64,000 nucleotides of DNA from contig CBDFLS010000002.1 in assembly GCA_965249185.1 (NCBI GenBank), forward strand, positions 205,594-269,593, given 5' to 3'. The translations under genes were made by a program, and so were the position numbers. The notes under the pieces are model-generated. The model did no database searches, was not told the origin of the DNA, and saw only the letters and a list, made by a program, of their open reading frames with translations. Source of the DNA: Dehalococcoidia bacterium. Lineage in GTDB: Bacteria; Chloroflexota; Dehalococcoidia; Lucifugimonadales; Australimonadaceae. Below are positions 18,669-33,152 of the stretch, in pieces; position 1 is the first letter of the stretch, and each line of letters opens with the position of its first letter.

Positions 18669-19375
18669 GGCGACGCCCCGGCGCTCAGGCGGACGGGCAC
18701 GGTGCGAAGGGGCGTGACGCGGGCGCGGGTGACGGCACAGACGATGGCATGCACCTCCACGCCCGCGGATACGGCCTGACGCAGCGCTTCGGCGAAGGCC
18801 GGGTCGGCCCGCTCATGGGGCGCCAGCGCGCGGACGTCGCTCCGCTGGACGACGAAGGCCACGGCGGCGCGGTGGCCCCCGGCCACGGCACGGGCCAGCT
18901 CGCCCAGGTGGCGGGCGCCGCGCTCGGTGGGAGCGTCGGGGAAGAGGGCCACGCCGCTCTCCACCAGGTTAACGGACTTGGCCTCCAGATAGCAGTGCCC
19001 TTGAGGCCCGCTGAAAAGCAGGTCCACGCGGCTGCCGCCCAGCCGGACCTCCCGCTGGACCCGCCGGTACGCACCCAGCGAGGGGATGAGCCCCTTTCGC
19101 CAGGCCTGGATGACGAGGGCGGGCGGCAGGCGGGAGTCGACGCCCACCCAACGGCCCTCATGCCGCACGAGCAGCAGGTCGTAGGCGGTACGGCGGGCCG
19201 ATGGCCACGGCGCCTGGCGGAGGAGGACGGAGCGGCCGGGCGTCAGCAGCTCCCGCATCCGGCCCGAGTTGGGGACGTGAGCGATGGCGTGGCGCCCGTC
19301 CACTTGCACGTCGGCGGCGAACCGGTTGCGCCTCGTCAAGAAGGTGGCGGGCAGAAGCCCGGAGGGTAAGCGCAC
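18665..19375 (-). CDS. sfsA: SfsA family (sugar fermentation stimulation protein homolog; predicted nuclease fold)
   Basis: FLTRRNRFAADV...AHVPNSGRM...VDSRLPPAL...CYLEAKSV...FPDAPTERGARHL. A GTG start at 19375 is preferred over the 292-aa ORF. 4-nt overlap with the downstream gene. Confidence 0.85.
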   Translation of the reverse strand: MRLPSGLLPATFLTRRNRFAADVQVDGRHAIAHVPNSGRMRELLTPGRSVLLRQAPWPSARRTAYDLLLVRHEGRWVGVDSRLPPALVIQAWRKGLIPSLGAYRRVQREVRLGGSRVDLLFSGPQGHCYLEAKSVNLVESGVALFPDAPTERGARHLGELARAVAGGHRAAVAFVVQRSDVRALAPHERADPAFAEALRQAVSAGVEVHAIVCAVTRARVTPLRTVPVRLSAGASP

Positions 19376-19585
19376 GGTGCGTGCTCCTGGTCGAAAGGGC
19401 GCCAATTTACCACCGAGGGGATGGCCCCACAACTTGTTCGCGGCAGGGCGAGCCCGTACACTGCCACCAGGGCGAGTCCTGGGCCCACCCAGGGCTCGCC
19501 CTGGACCCACATGTGGGGTCCCCCCGAATGCCGCTCTTAACAATCGGGGTTAAGCCCTCGCCGTGGCGCTGGATGACTAAGTATA

Positions 19586-19610
19586 GATTCTTCGCTTCGC
19601 TCAGAATGAC
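19586..19610. repeat. hairpin repeat copy (GATTCTTCGCTTCGCTCAGAATGAC) in the sfsA/pyrF intergenic region
   Basis: Its reverse complement, GTCATTCTGAGCGAAGCGAAGAATC, matches the copy at 12765-12791 except for 2 nt. It lies between a TATAGA box and the pyrF SD. Confidence 0.6.
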
Positions 19611-19625
19611 ACCCCAGGAGAATCC

Positions 19626-20441
19626 ATGGTGAGCTTCTTGGAGAAGCTGGAGGCCGCCGCGCAGCGGAACCGCAGCCTGCTGTGCGTGGGGCTTGACCCG
19701 TGGCCCGACCAGATGCCGATTGCCGACATCGCCACGTTCAACCGGGCCATCGTGGAGGCGACCAGCGACCTGGTGTGCGCGTATAAGCCCAACATCGCTT
19801 TCTACGAGGCGGAGGGGCTGCCGGGGTTGCGGGCCCTGGAGGTTACGCTCTTGGCAATCCCAAGCCACGTGCCCGTTATCCTGGACGCCAAGCGGGGCGA
19901 CATCGGCAGTTCGGCGGCGGCCTACGCCAGGGCGGTCTTCGAGCGGTGGGGCGCCGACGCCACCACGGTCAACGCGTACCTTGGAGGGGATGCCGTGGAA
20001 CCCTTCGCGGCCTACGGTGATCGTGGCGTCTTCATCTTGTGCCGCACCTCGAACCCCGGCTCCGCCGAGCTGCAGTCGCTCCGGGTGGCGGACGGCGCGC
20101 CGCTCTACGAGCAGGCGGCCCGGCGGGCCCAGGAGTGGAACACGCGCGGGAACGTGGGCCTGGTGGTGGGCGCCACCTACCCCGAGGAGCTGGCCCAGGT
20201 GCGGGCGCTTTGCCCGTCCATGCCCATCCTTGTGCCCGGCATCGGCGCCCAGGGCGGCGAGCTCGATGCATCGGTAAAGGCGGGCGTTGACGCCAACGGC
20301 AGGGGGGCCATCATCAGCGCGTCGCGCCAGGTGCTCTACGCCTCCTCCGGCACCGACTACCCGGAGGCCGCCCGGCGGACCGCCGATGCCTTACGGGAGC
20401 AGATCAACGCCGCGCTGGAGGAGCTCGGCCACGGATGGTGA
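19626..20441 (+). CDS. pyrF: orotidine 5'-phosphate decarboxylase (long type)
   Basis: LCVGLDP...[12 protein letters not shown]...; AGGAG sits 6 nt upstream of the ATG. Confidence 0.9.
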   Translation: MVSFLEKLEAAAQRNRSLLCVGLDPWPDQMPIADIATFNRAIVEATSDLVCAYKPNIAFYEAEGLPGLRALEVTLLAIPSHVPVILDAKRGDIGSSAAAYARAVFERWGADATTVNAYLGGDAVEPFAAYGDRGVFILCRTSNPGSAELQSLRVADGAPLYEQAARRAQEWNTRGNVGLVVGATYPEELAQVRALCPSMPILVPGIGAQGGELDASVKAGVDANGRGAIISASRQVLYASSGTDYPEAARRTADALREQINAALEELGHGW

Positions 20442-20644
20442 CCCCCTTTGAACTGGGCGACCTGCTGACGCTGCGGAAGCGGCATCCTTGCGGCGGCTTC
20501 CGCTGGCGGGTGGAGCGCCTGGGCGCCGACATCGGCATCCGCTGCATCACGTGCGGGCACTACGTGCTGGTGTCACGCCAGCGGCTGGGACGGGGACTGA
20601 AACACCGAGAGCCCTCGGAGCCACCCGCCGAGGTTTCGAGCTAA
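20435..20644 (+). CDS. small DUF951-like protein
   Basis: 69 aa: [44 protein letters not shown]. Overlaps the end of pyrF. Confidence 0.65.
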   Translation: MVTPFELGDLLTLRKRHPCGGFRWRVERLGADIGIRCITCGHYVLVSRQRLGRGLKHREPSEPPAEVSS

Positions 20645-20696
20645 GCGCTGGTTGCGCTACCATAGGCCGACGCGGAGCGGCGAAAACGGAGCAACC

Positions 20697-20999
20697 GTGG
20701 GCACACCGGTCTTCTGGGTCGTTATCGCTGCGCTGGCCATAGCGCAGGGGCTCATTATAGTCACCGCCCTCCGCATTCGCGCCACGCCAGACCCATCGCG
20801 GGGGGCCATAGGAAGCCGCCGCATGGAGGCCGTGTGGACTCTCCTGCCCGCCCTACTGCTTCTGTCCATGGTGATACTCTCCCTCCAGGCGTTGGAGGAG
20901 GACACGAGCACCGAGGAGCCCCAAGCCACGGCCACGCCCATTGGTCCCGTGTCCAGCGACCAAGCGCGGCGCCAGGCGCTGACGGGGTGGCCCGGGTGA
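20697..20999 (+). CDS. small two-TM membrane protein resembling the transmembrane part of cytochrome oxidase subunit II
   Basis: VFWVVIAALAIAQGLIIVTAL ... MEAVWTLLPALLLLSMVILS. The GTG at 20697 is preceded by GGAG. GTGA overlap with ctaA. Confidence 0.45.
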   Translation: MGTPVFWVVIAALAIAQGLIIVTALRIRATPDPSRGAIGSRRMEAVWTLLPALLLLSMVILSLQALEEDTSTEEPQATATPIGPVSSDQARRQALTGWPG

Positions 21000-21889
21000 G
21001 CGCGCCGGCGACGCTCGGGGCGGGCCGCGCGACGCGACGCGTGGGCAGGAGCGCGCTGCTGGCCGCGGTGCTCACGGCGGGGCTGATGGCCTACGGCGGA
21101 TGGGTCCGGGCGTCGGGCTCCGGGCTAGGATGCCCCGATTGGCCTCTCTGTGAAGGAGGTTTGTTGCCGGAGCTGGACCGTACCACCGCCATCGAATACG
21201 GCCACAGGCTCTTCGCCGGAGTGACGATGGTGGCCACAGCGGCGGCGGCGTGGCTGGGGTTCCGGCAGAGGCGCGCCGACCCCACCACTTATCGCCTGCT
21301 GCTGGCCGCGCTGGCGGCTATCCTGGTACAGGCGATCCTGGGCGGCGTGACGGTGCTCACCGAGCTTCACGGCCTCGCGGTGGTGGCCCACCTGGCCATG
21401 GCCATGGCGACGCTGGCGGTGCTGACCGTGGGCGCCCTCCGGGTGCTCGTGCCTAATCCAACGCCGGGCATGGGGCTGAGCATGGCTTCAGCGTTGCTGG
21501 CGGGTGGGGCCCTGGTGGTCTTGATGGGCGCAGTGCTGGTGGGCACGGAACGCAGCGCCGGGTGTCCGGGGCTGCCCCTGTGCGATGGCCGCAGCAGCGG
21601 CATCACCGCCGCGCTCCATGCGCTCCACCGCATCCTGGGCGTGGCGCTGCTGGCCGCGATGGTGGCCGTGGCGGTGCGCTTGCGCTCCGTGCGTAAGTCC
21701 AGGTTGTCGGCATCGCTCATCCACGCCGGTATCCTCGTCATGGGCGGGCAGATGGCGGTGGGCGTCGCGAGCGTGGCGCTGTCGTTCCCGGAGGGGCTGG
21801 GCGTCCTCCATCTGGGTCTGGCGACCATGGTGTGGTGGCTGCTGGTGGGGAGCTGGTCTCTGGCATCCGGGTCTCGGAGCTCGCCATGA
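20996..21889 (+). CDS. ctaA: heme A synthase (COX15/CtaA)
   Basis: YGGWVRASGSGLGCPDWPLCEG, repeated His-containing TM helices, and a second CPGLPLC motif. Confidence 0.8.
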   Translation: MSAPATLGAGRATRRVGRSALLAAVLTAGLMAYGGWVRASGSGLGCPDWPLCEGGLLPELDRTTAIEYGHRLFAGVTMVATAAAAWLGFRQRRADPTTYRLLLAALAAILVQAILGGVTVLTELHGLAVVAHLAMAMATLAVLTVGALRVLVPNPTPGMGLSMASALLAGGALVVLMGAVLVGTERSAGCPGLPLCDGRSSGITAALHALHRILGVALLAAMVAVAVRLRSVRKSRLSASLIHAGILVMGGQMAVGVASVALSFPEGLGVLHLGLATMVWWLLVGSWSLASGSRSSP

Positions 21890-22773
21890 CGCAGCTCACG
21901 CGCGGGCTGATAGCGCTTTCCAAGCCACGTATCGTGGCGCTGCTCGTCTTCACGGCCGCCTGCGGGATGTGGAAGGCCGCCGAGGGCACGCCGGAGCTGG
22001 GAACGGTGCTGGCCGTACTGCTGGGAGGGGCCCTGGCCGCAGCCGGCGCCAACGCCATAAACCAGGGGCTGGAGTCGGATATCGACGCCACGATGCGCCG
22101 GACTCGACGACGTCCGGTGGCCAGCCAGCAGTTCGGCCGGCGGATGGCGCTGGTGACGGGGACGGCGGCCATCGTGGTTGCGGTAGCCGTTATGGGAGTG
22201 GCGGCAAACTGGCTCAGCGCGGCGCTGACACTCCTGGCGGCTGCTATCTACGTATTCGTCTACACCCTGCTGATGAAGCGTCACTCGTGGAACAACATCG
22301 TCATCGGCGGCGCGGCCGGCGCGCTGCCGCCGCTCATCGGAGCGGCAGCGGTGAACGGCGCCATAGGCGCGGTGGGGCTCTACATGTTCGGGCTGATCTT
22401 TTTCTGGACTCCCCCGCACTTCTGGGCGCTCTCGCTGCTGCTCAAAGACGACTACGCCACGGCCGGGGTGCCGATGCTCCCCACGGTGACGAGCGAGGGA
22501 GAAACGGGCCGGCAGATCCTCCTGTACGTCGTGCTGCTCGTGCTGCTCGGCTGGCTGCCCTACGTGGCGGGCTATGCGGGCCCTCTATTCGCCGGAGTGG
22601 CCACGCTGCTCGGCCTGGAGTGGCTGCGCCGCGCGCTGTCTCTCCTGAGAAATCCGTCGCCGGGGCAGGCGCGTCAGGCCTACATGTTCTCGCTGCTCTA
22701 CATCGCGGTCGTGTTCCTGGCCCTGGCCATCGAGCCGCTGCTGCCGTGGTACGAGACGCTAAAGCTGGTGTGA
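21886..22773 (+). CDS. ctaB: protoheme IX farnesyltransferase (heme O synthase)
   Basis: LSKPRIVALLVFTA...NQGLESDIDATMRRTRRRP...FFWTPPHFWAL. ATGA overlap with ctaA. Confidence 0.9.
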   Translation: MTQLTRGLIALSKPRIVALLVFTAACGMWKAAEGTPELGTVLAVLLGGALAAAGANAINQGLESDIDATMRRTRRRPVASQQFGRRMALVTGTAAIVVAVAVMGVAANWLSAALTLLAAAIYVFVYTLLMKRHSWNNIVIGGAAGALPPLIGAAAVNGAIGAVGLYMFGLIFFWTPPHFWALSLLLKDDYATAGVPMLPTVTSEGETGRQILLYVVLLVLLGWLPYVAGYAGPLFAGVATLLGLEWLRRALSLLRNPSPGQARQAYMFSLLYIAVVFLALAIEPLLPWYETLKLV

Positions 22774-23006
22774 CCGCCGAAAGGCCGCCGGGCCACAGAG
22801 GACCTCGGCAGCAAAACGGGCGCCACCGTAGCGTAACTTTTCGGAGCAGACGGGACACGACCCAACGGCTGAAATGTGAACTATGCGCCAGTTTGTGACT
22901 CTACAGTTGGCGGAATACCCCCAAAGTGATACGGTGAGGGGCACGGATAGCGGGCCCATATGGGGAGTCCAGCACCCCGCCTGGGCCACCTTACACCCGG
23001 CGTAAT

Positions 23007-23017
23007 GGGGGGGGGGG
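23007..23017 (+). repeat. G11 homopolymer between an ATG (23005) and the TetR reading frame
   Basis: Read directly: cgtaATGGGGGGGGGGGTTGccc. Confidence 0.9.
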
Positions 23018-23620
23018 TTGCCCACCTTGGCCAGGAACGATGACCGCGAGCGGTTCAAAGAGCGCGTTCGGCGCTGGCGCGAAGACGCCATCACGGAGGC
23101 GGTTGCCGAGTTGCTCCGCGAGCAGGGGTGCCAGCAGCTCACCATGGACGAGGTGGCGAAGCGGGTGGGCATCGCCAAGGGCAGCCTCTATCTGCACGCG
23201 GCAGCCCGGAACGACCTGGTTGCGCGAGTCCTGGACCGTTGGGCAGCGGACGTGCCGAGGCCGCAGGGTCCGCCCAGCGGACCCCGCGAGGAGCGCTGGC
23301 GGCGGGCGTGCGCGGCGCTGTTCAGCAGGGCCGAAAAAGGGGGGCGGGACGGCCCGCCGGAGGCGGCATCCCTCCCCTGCTGCCTTCACACCAGCCCCTG
23401 CCCCCACGGCTGGAACGGCCGGTGGACGGAGCTGGCCGAGGCCTACGGCCTTCTGGAAGAGGAGGCCGTCAATGGGTCCACTCCGAGTTGGATGCTGCTA
23501 GGCGAGGCCATTCAGGCGCTCGCTTCGACGCGGTCGGTCAGGGAGTTGCGCTTGGCCGAGGCCCAAGAGACGGTCGAGCGGTTCGTTACGGGATACGGGG
23601 TCCCGTCGGAGCGGCGCTAG
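23018..23620 (+). CDS. TetR/AcrR family transcriptional regulator
   Basis: N-terminal HTH: ITEAVAELLREQGCQQLTMDEVAKRVGIAKGSLYLHAAARNDLV. The start is uncertain (TTG at 23018). Confidence 0.75.
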   Translation: MPTLARNDDRERFKERVRRWREDAITEAVAELLREQGCQQLTMDEVAKRVGIAKGSLYLHAAARNDLVARVLDRWAADVPRPQGPPSGPREERWRRACAALFSRAEKGGRDGPPEAASLPCCLHTSPCPHGWNGRWTELAEAYGLLEEEAVNGSTPSWMLLGEAIQALASTRSVRELRLAEAQETVERFVTGYGVPSERR

Positions 23621-23638
23621 CAGGCGAACAACAGCGGC

Positions 23639-27856
<4,218 letters not shown>

Positions 27857-27950
27857 GAGAGGTCTCCTTCAACGAGGCTTGGCCCCGTAGGCAACGAGGC
27901 TTGGCCCCGTCGGCTCACTGAAACGCGCTGCTGGCGACGTGCTGGACAAG

Positions 27951-30900
27951 CTACTCCTCGCCCAGCTCCTTCTCCTCCGCCCCAGGTGGCCGGGCGAACT
28001 GGCCTAGCTCAAGGTTAACGCTATTGGAGGCCTCGGGCTCCGGCTCCGCCATGTGTTCGAACTCCGCCTCCCACGGGGGCGAGGGAGGGGCCTCCTGCCC
28101 CGGGGCAGCGCCCACCACATCCTCCTCCTCTTCCTCCTCGGCGTAGGAGAGCGACGGCAGGACCACGCCCCTGTCTTCTTCGTAGAGCAACTCTATGGAG
28201 AGGCCCAGGCTCTGGAGCTCCTTGACCAGGACGTGGAAGGATTCGGGCACTCCCGGCTGCACCACGTCCTCACCCTTCACGATTGCCTCATAGGTCTTGA
28301 CCCGCCCGACGACATCATCGGACTTGACCGTGAGCATCTCCTGAAGGTTATAGGCGGCGCTGTACGCCTCGAGCGCCCAGACCTCCATCTCACCAAACCG
28401 CTGGCCGCCAAACTGGGCTTTGCCGCCGAGCGGTTGCTGGGTGATCAGGGAGTAGGGGCCCGTGGAGCGGGCGTGAATCTTGTCCTCCACCAGGTGGATG
28501 AGCTTCATCATGTAGATATAGCCCACGGTCACCGGCAAATCGAAGGACTCGCCCGTCCGGCCGTCGTACAAGCGGGTCTTGCCAAAAATGGAGGGCAAAT
28601 GGCCCAGCTTCTTGGAGACGGTCAGGGCCGTCTCGTACAGCTTTGCATCGTCGAGCTTGTCCAGGGCCAGTTTCGTCCCAGCGGCGGCCTTATATTCGGC
28701 CTCCGCCTCTGCCAGCCAGAGCCGGAGACAGGCCGTGGAGGCCGCGCCCTTGCGCCGCTCATCGAAGATGGGGCCTGGGTCGTAGCCCCGCTCAGCCAGC
28801 CAGGCGCGCGCCCACTTCGGGCCCTCAGCCAATGCATGGCCATCGCCATTGGAGCCTGAAAACCCATTGGTCTTGTTCGCCGCCCCGGCCTTGCCCACTA
28901 TCCATGCACGGGCGAGGGCGTCCTGAATGGCCACGTCGTCCGCTCCATCAAACACTGGCGTCACGGCGCGGAAGCCGAGCTCATGGGCGGCCATGCCCAG
29001 ATGGGTCTCGAGCACTTGGCCCAAGTTCATACGGGAGGGAACGCCGATGGGGTTGAGCACTATATCCACGGGCGTCCCATCGGGCAGGTAGGGCATGTCT
29101 TCCACGGGCATGATGCGGGAGATAACGCCCTTGTTGCCATGACGGCCCGCCATCTTGTCGCCTTCGGACAGGCTGCGCGTCTGAGCTATCCACACGCGCA
29201 CCAGCTTGTTGACTCCCGGAGGGAGCTCATCCCAGTTTTCCCGGGTGAGCACCTTCACGTCGGTGACCTTGCCCCGCTCCCCATGGGGGACCCGCAGGGA
29301 GGTGTCTTTTACGTCCCGGGCCTTCTCTCCGAAGATAGCGCGCAAGAGCTTCTCTTCCGCGGTGAGCTCCGTCTCGCCCTTGGGCGTCACTTTGCCCACG
29401 AGGATATCCCCAGGGCCCACCTCGGCACCGACCCGAATAACGCCCTCTTCGTCCAGGTCACGCAGGGCGTCCTCACCCACGTTGGGGATATCGCGGGTGA
29501 TCTCACCCGGCCCCAGCTTGGTGTCCCTGGACTCCACCTGGTACTTCTCGATGTGAATGGAGGTGAACCTGTCTTGGCGAAGCAGCGCCTCGGAGACGAT
29601 GATCGCGTCCTCGTAGTTGTAGCCCTCCAGGCTCATAAAGGCCACGAGGACATTCTGGCCTAGGGCCAGGTCGCCCTGGTCCGTGGAGGAACTGTCCGCC
29701 AAGGGCGAGCCCACCTTGACCTGGTCGCCCCGGGAGACGATGGGGCGCTGGCTGATGCAGGTGCCCTGATTTGAGCGGACGAATTTCCGGAGGGAATGGT
29801 GATGCTCTCTTCCCTCCAGGTCGGTGACGGTCACCTGGTCGCCGGTTGAGGAGGTGACGATCCCGTCCGCCAAGGAGAGCACGACCTGACCGCTGTCCTG
29901 GGCCACCCGGCGCTCCATGCCGGTGCCCACCAAGGGCGCCTGCGGACGGAGCAAGGGCACGGCCTGGCGCTGCATGTTGGAGCCCATGAGGGCGCGGTTG
30001 GCGTCATCATGCTCAAGGAAGGGGATGAGGGCCGTGGACATGCTGACGATCTGCAGGGGAGAGATGTCCATGTAGTCCACCCGCTCCGGCGGCTCCATGG
30101 CGTACTTGGACGAGACGCGGCACTCAACCCGGTCTTCGGTGAGCTGAAGCTTCTGGTCGAGCTTGGAGTTGGCCTGGGCGATGACGAACTTGTCCTCATC
30201 GTCGGCGGGAAGGTAGACCACGTCCCCCGTTTCCAAGGAGATGAAGGGCTGTACCTGGACCTGCTGTTTCCGCAGCGCGGCGATCGTGACAGCGGCCTTG
30301 GAGGTGACCACATGGCCCGTTTTCACCAGGGTTGCGCCCTCGGCGTCCACAACCTCCTGACGGACCCTGCGGCCCACCAGACCAGGATCGGAGTTGAGGA
30401 TCTCCTTGTTCACGTGGCGGTAGGGCGTCTCGATGAACCCATAGGAGTTGATACGGGCGTAGGTGGCCAGCGAGCCGAGGAGTCCGATGTTCGGGCCCTC
30501 CGGCGTCTCGATGGGACAGATGCGTCCGTAGTGGGAATAGTGAACGTCCCGGACATCGAAGCCGGCACGCTCTCGGGAGAGCCCGCCGGGGCCGAGGGCG
30601 GAGAGCCGGCGCTTGTGCGTGAGCTCGGCCAGCGGGTTGGTCTGGTCCATGAACTGGGAGAGCTGGGAGCCCCCGAAAAATTCGCGGACCGCGGCCACGA
30701 TGGGCCTGACGTTGACCAGGGCGCTGGGAGTGGCCTCCTCACGGTCCAGGATGGTCATCCGCTCCTTGACCACTCGCTCCATGCGCAAGAGGCCGACCCG
30801 GAGCTGGTTCTGGATCAGCTCGCCCACCGCGCGCACCCGACGGTTCCCCAGATGGTCGATGTCGTCCGCGCTGGCATCACCGTTGTTGATGCGGATGATC

Positions 30901-31835
30901 ATCAGCACCAGGGCGATGATGTCCTCCTTGGTGAGGAGGCGCTGGTCCATGGGGAGGTCGTGCGTGAGGCGCCGGTTCATCTTGTAGCGTCCCACTCGAC
31001 CCAGGTCGTACCGGCGAGGGTTGAAGAAGAGGTTCTGCAGCAGGGCTCGGGCGCTCTCCTGACTTGGCGGCTCACCAGGACGAAGCCGCCGGTACACCTC
31101 AAGAAGGGCCTCATCCGGACTGTGTACGCTCGGGTCCCGCTCTATGGTGTTCCAGATGTACTGATGGTCCGGGTCCGTGTCGACGTCTTTGAAAAGGTCG
31201 ACAATCTCTTCCTCGGTGGCGTAGCCGAGGGCCCGCAAGAAGGTGCTCACGGGCACCTTGCGCTTGCGGTCCACCTTTACGGAGATGACGTCCTTGGAGC
31301 TGGTCTCGAACTCAAGCCAGGCGCCCCGGTAGGGAATGAGCTTGGCGTAGCAGAGGCGCCGGCCGGTGCTGGGGTCCAGGACGGCGGTGAAATAGGCGCC
31401 GGGAGAACGGACGAGCTGGCTCACCACCACACGCTCGGCCCCATTGATGACGAAGGTGCCGTTGGGCGTCATCATTGGCATGTTGCCGAAGTAGAGGGTC
31501 TGCTCCTTCAGCTCGCCGGTCTCCCTGACCCCCAGCTTGACGGCCACCTGGAGCGGCGCCTCATACGTGATCTCTTTCGTGCGGCACTCCGCCTCGGTGA
31601 ATTTTGGCTTATCGAAGGTGTGGCCCAGGAAATCGAGCTCATAGCGGCTCCCGGTGTGGTCCTGGATGGGATTTACTTCATCGAAGAGCTCACGGACCCC
31701 ATGGGTCTTCAACCACTCAAAGGAGTCGAGCTGCACCTGGATGAGGCTGGCAGGCTCTAGAAACTGGGGAATACGAGCGTACGACTTCTGCGGTCGGGAG
31801 GGAGAGACGAAGGCCTGAGCCGCGGAACGGGCCAT
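27951..31835 (-). CDS. rpoB: DNA-directed RNA polymerase subunit beta
   Basis: 1294 aa with classical beta-subunit blocks ([33 protein letters not shown]). Acidic C-terminal tail. Confidence 0.98.
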   Translation of the reverse strand: MARSAAQAFVSPSRPQKSYARIPQFLEPASLIQVQLDSFEWLKTHGVRELFDEVNPIQDHTGSRYELDFLGHTFDKPKFTEAECRTKEITYEAPLQVAVKLGVRETGELKEQTLYFGNMPMMTPNGTFVINGAERVVVSQLVRSPGAYFTAVLDPSTGRRLCYAKLIPYRGAWLEFETSSKDVISVKVDRKRKVPVSTFLRALGYATEEEIVDLFKDVDTDPDHQYIWNTIERDPSVHSPDEALLEVYRRLRPGEPPSQESARALLQNLFFNPRRYDLGRVGRYKMNRRLTHDLPMDQRLLTKEDIIALVLMIIRINNGDASADDIDHLGNRRVRAVGELIQNQLRVGLLRMERVVKERMTILDREEATPSALVNVRPIVAAVREFFGGSQLSQFMDQTNPLAELTHKRRLSALGPGGLSRERAGFDVRDVHYSHYGRICPIETPEGPNIGLLGSLATYARINSYGFIETPYRHVNKEILNSDPGLVGRRVRQEVVDAEGATLVKTGHVVTSKAAVTIAALRKQQVQVQPFISLETGDVVYLPADDEDKFVIAQANSKLDQKLQLTEDRVECRVSSKYAMEPPERVDYMDISPLQIVSMSTALIPFLEHDDANRALMGSNMQRQAVPLLRPQAPLVGTGMERRVAQDSGQVVLSLADGIVTSSTGDQVTVTDLEGREHHHSLRKFVRSNQGTCISQRPIVSRGDQVKVGSPLADSSSTDQGDLALGQNVLVAFMSLEGYNYEDAIIVSEALLRQDRFTSIHIEKYQVESRDTKLGPGEITRDIPNVGEDALRDLDEEGVIRVGAEVGPGDILVGKVTPKGETELTAEEKLLRAIFGEKARDVKDTSLRVPHGERGKVTDVKVLTRENWDELPPGVNKLVRVWIAQTRSLSEGDKMAGRHGNKGVISRIMPVEDMPYLPDGTPVDIVLNPIGVPSRMNLGQVLETHLGMAAHELGFRAVTPVFDGADDVAIQDALARAWIVGKAGAANKTNGFSGSNGDGHALAEGPKWARAWLAERGYDPGPIFDERRKGAASTACLRLWLAEAEAEYKAAAGTKLALDKLDDAKLYETALTVSKKLGHLPSIFGKTRLYDGRTGESFDLPVTVGYIYMMKLIHLVEDKIHARSTGPYSLITQQPLGGKAQFGGQRFGEMEVWALEAYSAAYNLQEMLTVKSDDVVGRVKTYEAIVKGEDVVQPGVPESFHVLVKELQSLGLSIELLYEEDRGVVLPSLSYAEEEEEEDVVGAAPGQEAPPSPPWEAEFEHMAEPEPEASNSVNLELGQFARPPGAEEKELGEE

Positions 31836-32019
31836 AGCTTTTCACGCTCCTTGAGGGTGCGAACACGAGTAGGGCCTAGGAAACCCTAGACCAATACGAA
31901 AGAGAAAGACCTGGGAAAGCGTACGCTATGCGCACTGCTGAAGGGCATAAATATTCAGTTTGAGCAGTCTAGCAACTGCACTGCCGGATGTCAAGGGGGA
32001 GTGCGCTTCACAGGCAACA

Positions 32020-32061
32020 GAACGGAGGGGCCGCTGGTGAAGCTCAGCGGCCTCTCCGTTC
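32020..32061 (-). terminator. 17-bp-arm hairpin downstream of the aquaporin gene and upstream of rpoB
   Basis: gaacggaggggccgctg-gtgaagct-cagcggcctctccgttc, with one mismatch. No clear U-tract. Confidence 0.45.
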
Positions 32062-32084
32062 GTCAAGACCCTCGGACTACTCGC

Positions 32085-32783
32085 CTACTTCTGTTCGTAG
32101 ATGTACTTGTATCCCAGGGCCGCCAGGGCTCCGCCCGCCAGGGGGCCAACCCAGTAGACCCACCAGTCGGTCCAGGCGCCCGCCGCGAGCGCGGGGCCAA
32201 AGGTGCGGGCGGGGTTCATGGAAGCGCCCGTCAGCGGCACGCCGATGAAGTGGTCCACCGCCACAACCAGGCCGATGATCAGGGGGGCCATGTTGGCCAC
32301 GCCCCGCTTGTCCATGGCCGCGCTGAATACCGTAAACACGAGGGCGAAGGTCAGAACGGCCTCTAGAATCACCCCCTGCCATGCCTCTACCCCGCTGCCC
32401 AGCGCATGGGAACCGAGACCGCCTTCCCCAAGCTCCAAGCCGGGGATAACAGCCACCAGGAGGAGCGCCGCAAGGGCTGCGCCGGCGAGCTGGGCGACGA
32501 TGTAAAGGATGCCCTGCTCCATGGAGATCTTCTTGGTGATCATGGCCCCAAACGTGACCGCGGGGTTGATGTGGCCTCCCGATAGGTGCGCGGTGGCCGA
32601 CACCAGCACGGCGATGGCCAGGCCGTGCGCGAGGGCAATGACTATCAGCCGCGCGGGGTCCAACCCGTTGACCAGATTGCCGCTCACGATGACCGAACCG
32701 GCCCCGAGAAAGACAAAGAGGAAGGTGGCGATAAACTCCGCTTTTGGCGCACGCCACTCTATTTTCGACAGCATACTGACCAT
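32085..32783 (-). CDS. aqpZ: MIP-family aquaporin
   Basis: Two NPA boxes (HINPAVTFG and SMNPARTFGPA) and six hydrophobic segments. AAGGAG lies upstream of the ATG. Confidence 0.9.
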   Translation of the reverse strand: MVSMLSKIEWRAPKAEFIATFLFVFLGAGSVIVSGNLVNGLDPARLIVIALAHGLAIAVLVSATAHLSGGHINPAVTFGAMITKKISMEQGILYIVAQLAGAALAALLLVAVIPGLELGEGGLGSHALGSGVEAWQGVILEAVLTFALVFTVFSAAMDKRGVANMAPLIIGLVVAVDHFIGVPLTGASMNPARTFGPALAAGAWTDWWVYWVGPLAGGALAALGYKYIYEQK

Positions 32784-33152
32784 ATTCCATTCTCCTTAAC
32801 CGATGATGGGCTCTCAACGGCCCGATGGGTTTCCCGAAACTTCACACGTCGAGCGGCATCAGGCAAGATTTCCACCATCGACTGCCTCACGAAGATGCAG
32901 TCCCAGTGGATACCTTCGTTTATAGGTTGGAGGGCCACCCAAGTCAAGGAGTCTGCGCTACCGATATGGAGCGGTTTTGCGGTGATGGTTAGGATACGAA
33001 CGCGAAGCCGCCGCAGCGTTCTGCTCCCACCCGGCCCCGGAGGCCTGGTGGACAGAGCGCTCAGAGGTCAGGGCCAGAATGGTGCGCGGCCAGGACGATG
33101 TTCGGCCCGAATAGTGGTCGGTTTGAAAGGGAGAAGCGGTGGAGCCGAGGGC

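Noticed and set aside
22774-23004. Structured ncRNA or TetR operator in the ctaB-tetR intergenic region (CGCCA-n17-TGGCG)
   Set aside because: Only 5-bp arms pair, and there is no similarity to RNA families I can recognise by eye. This is insufficient evidence.
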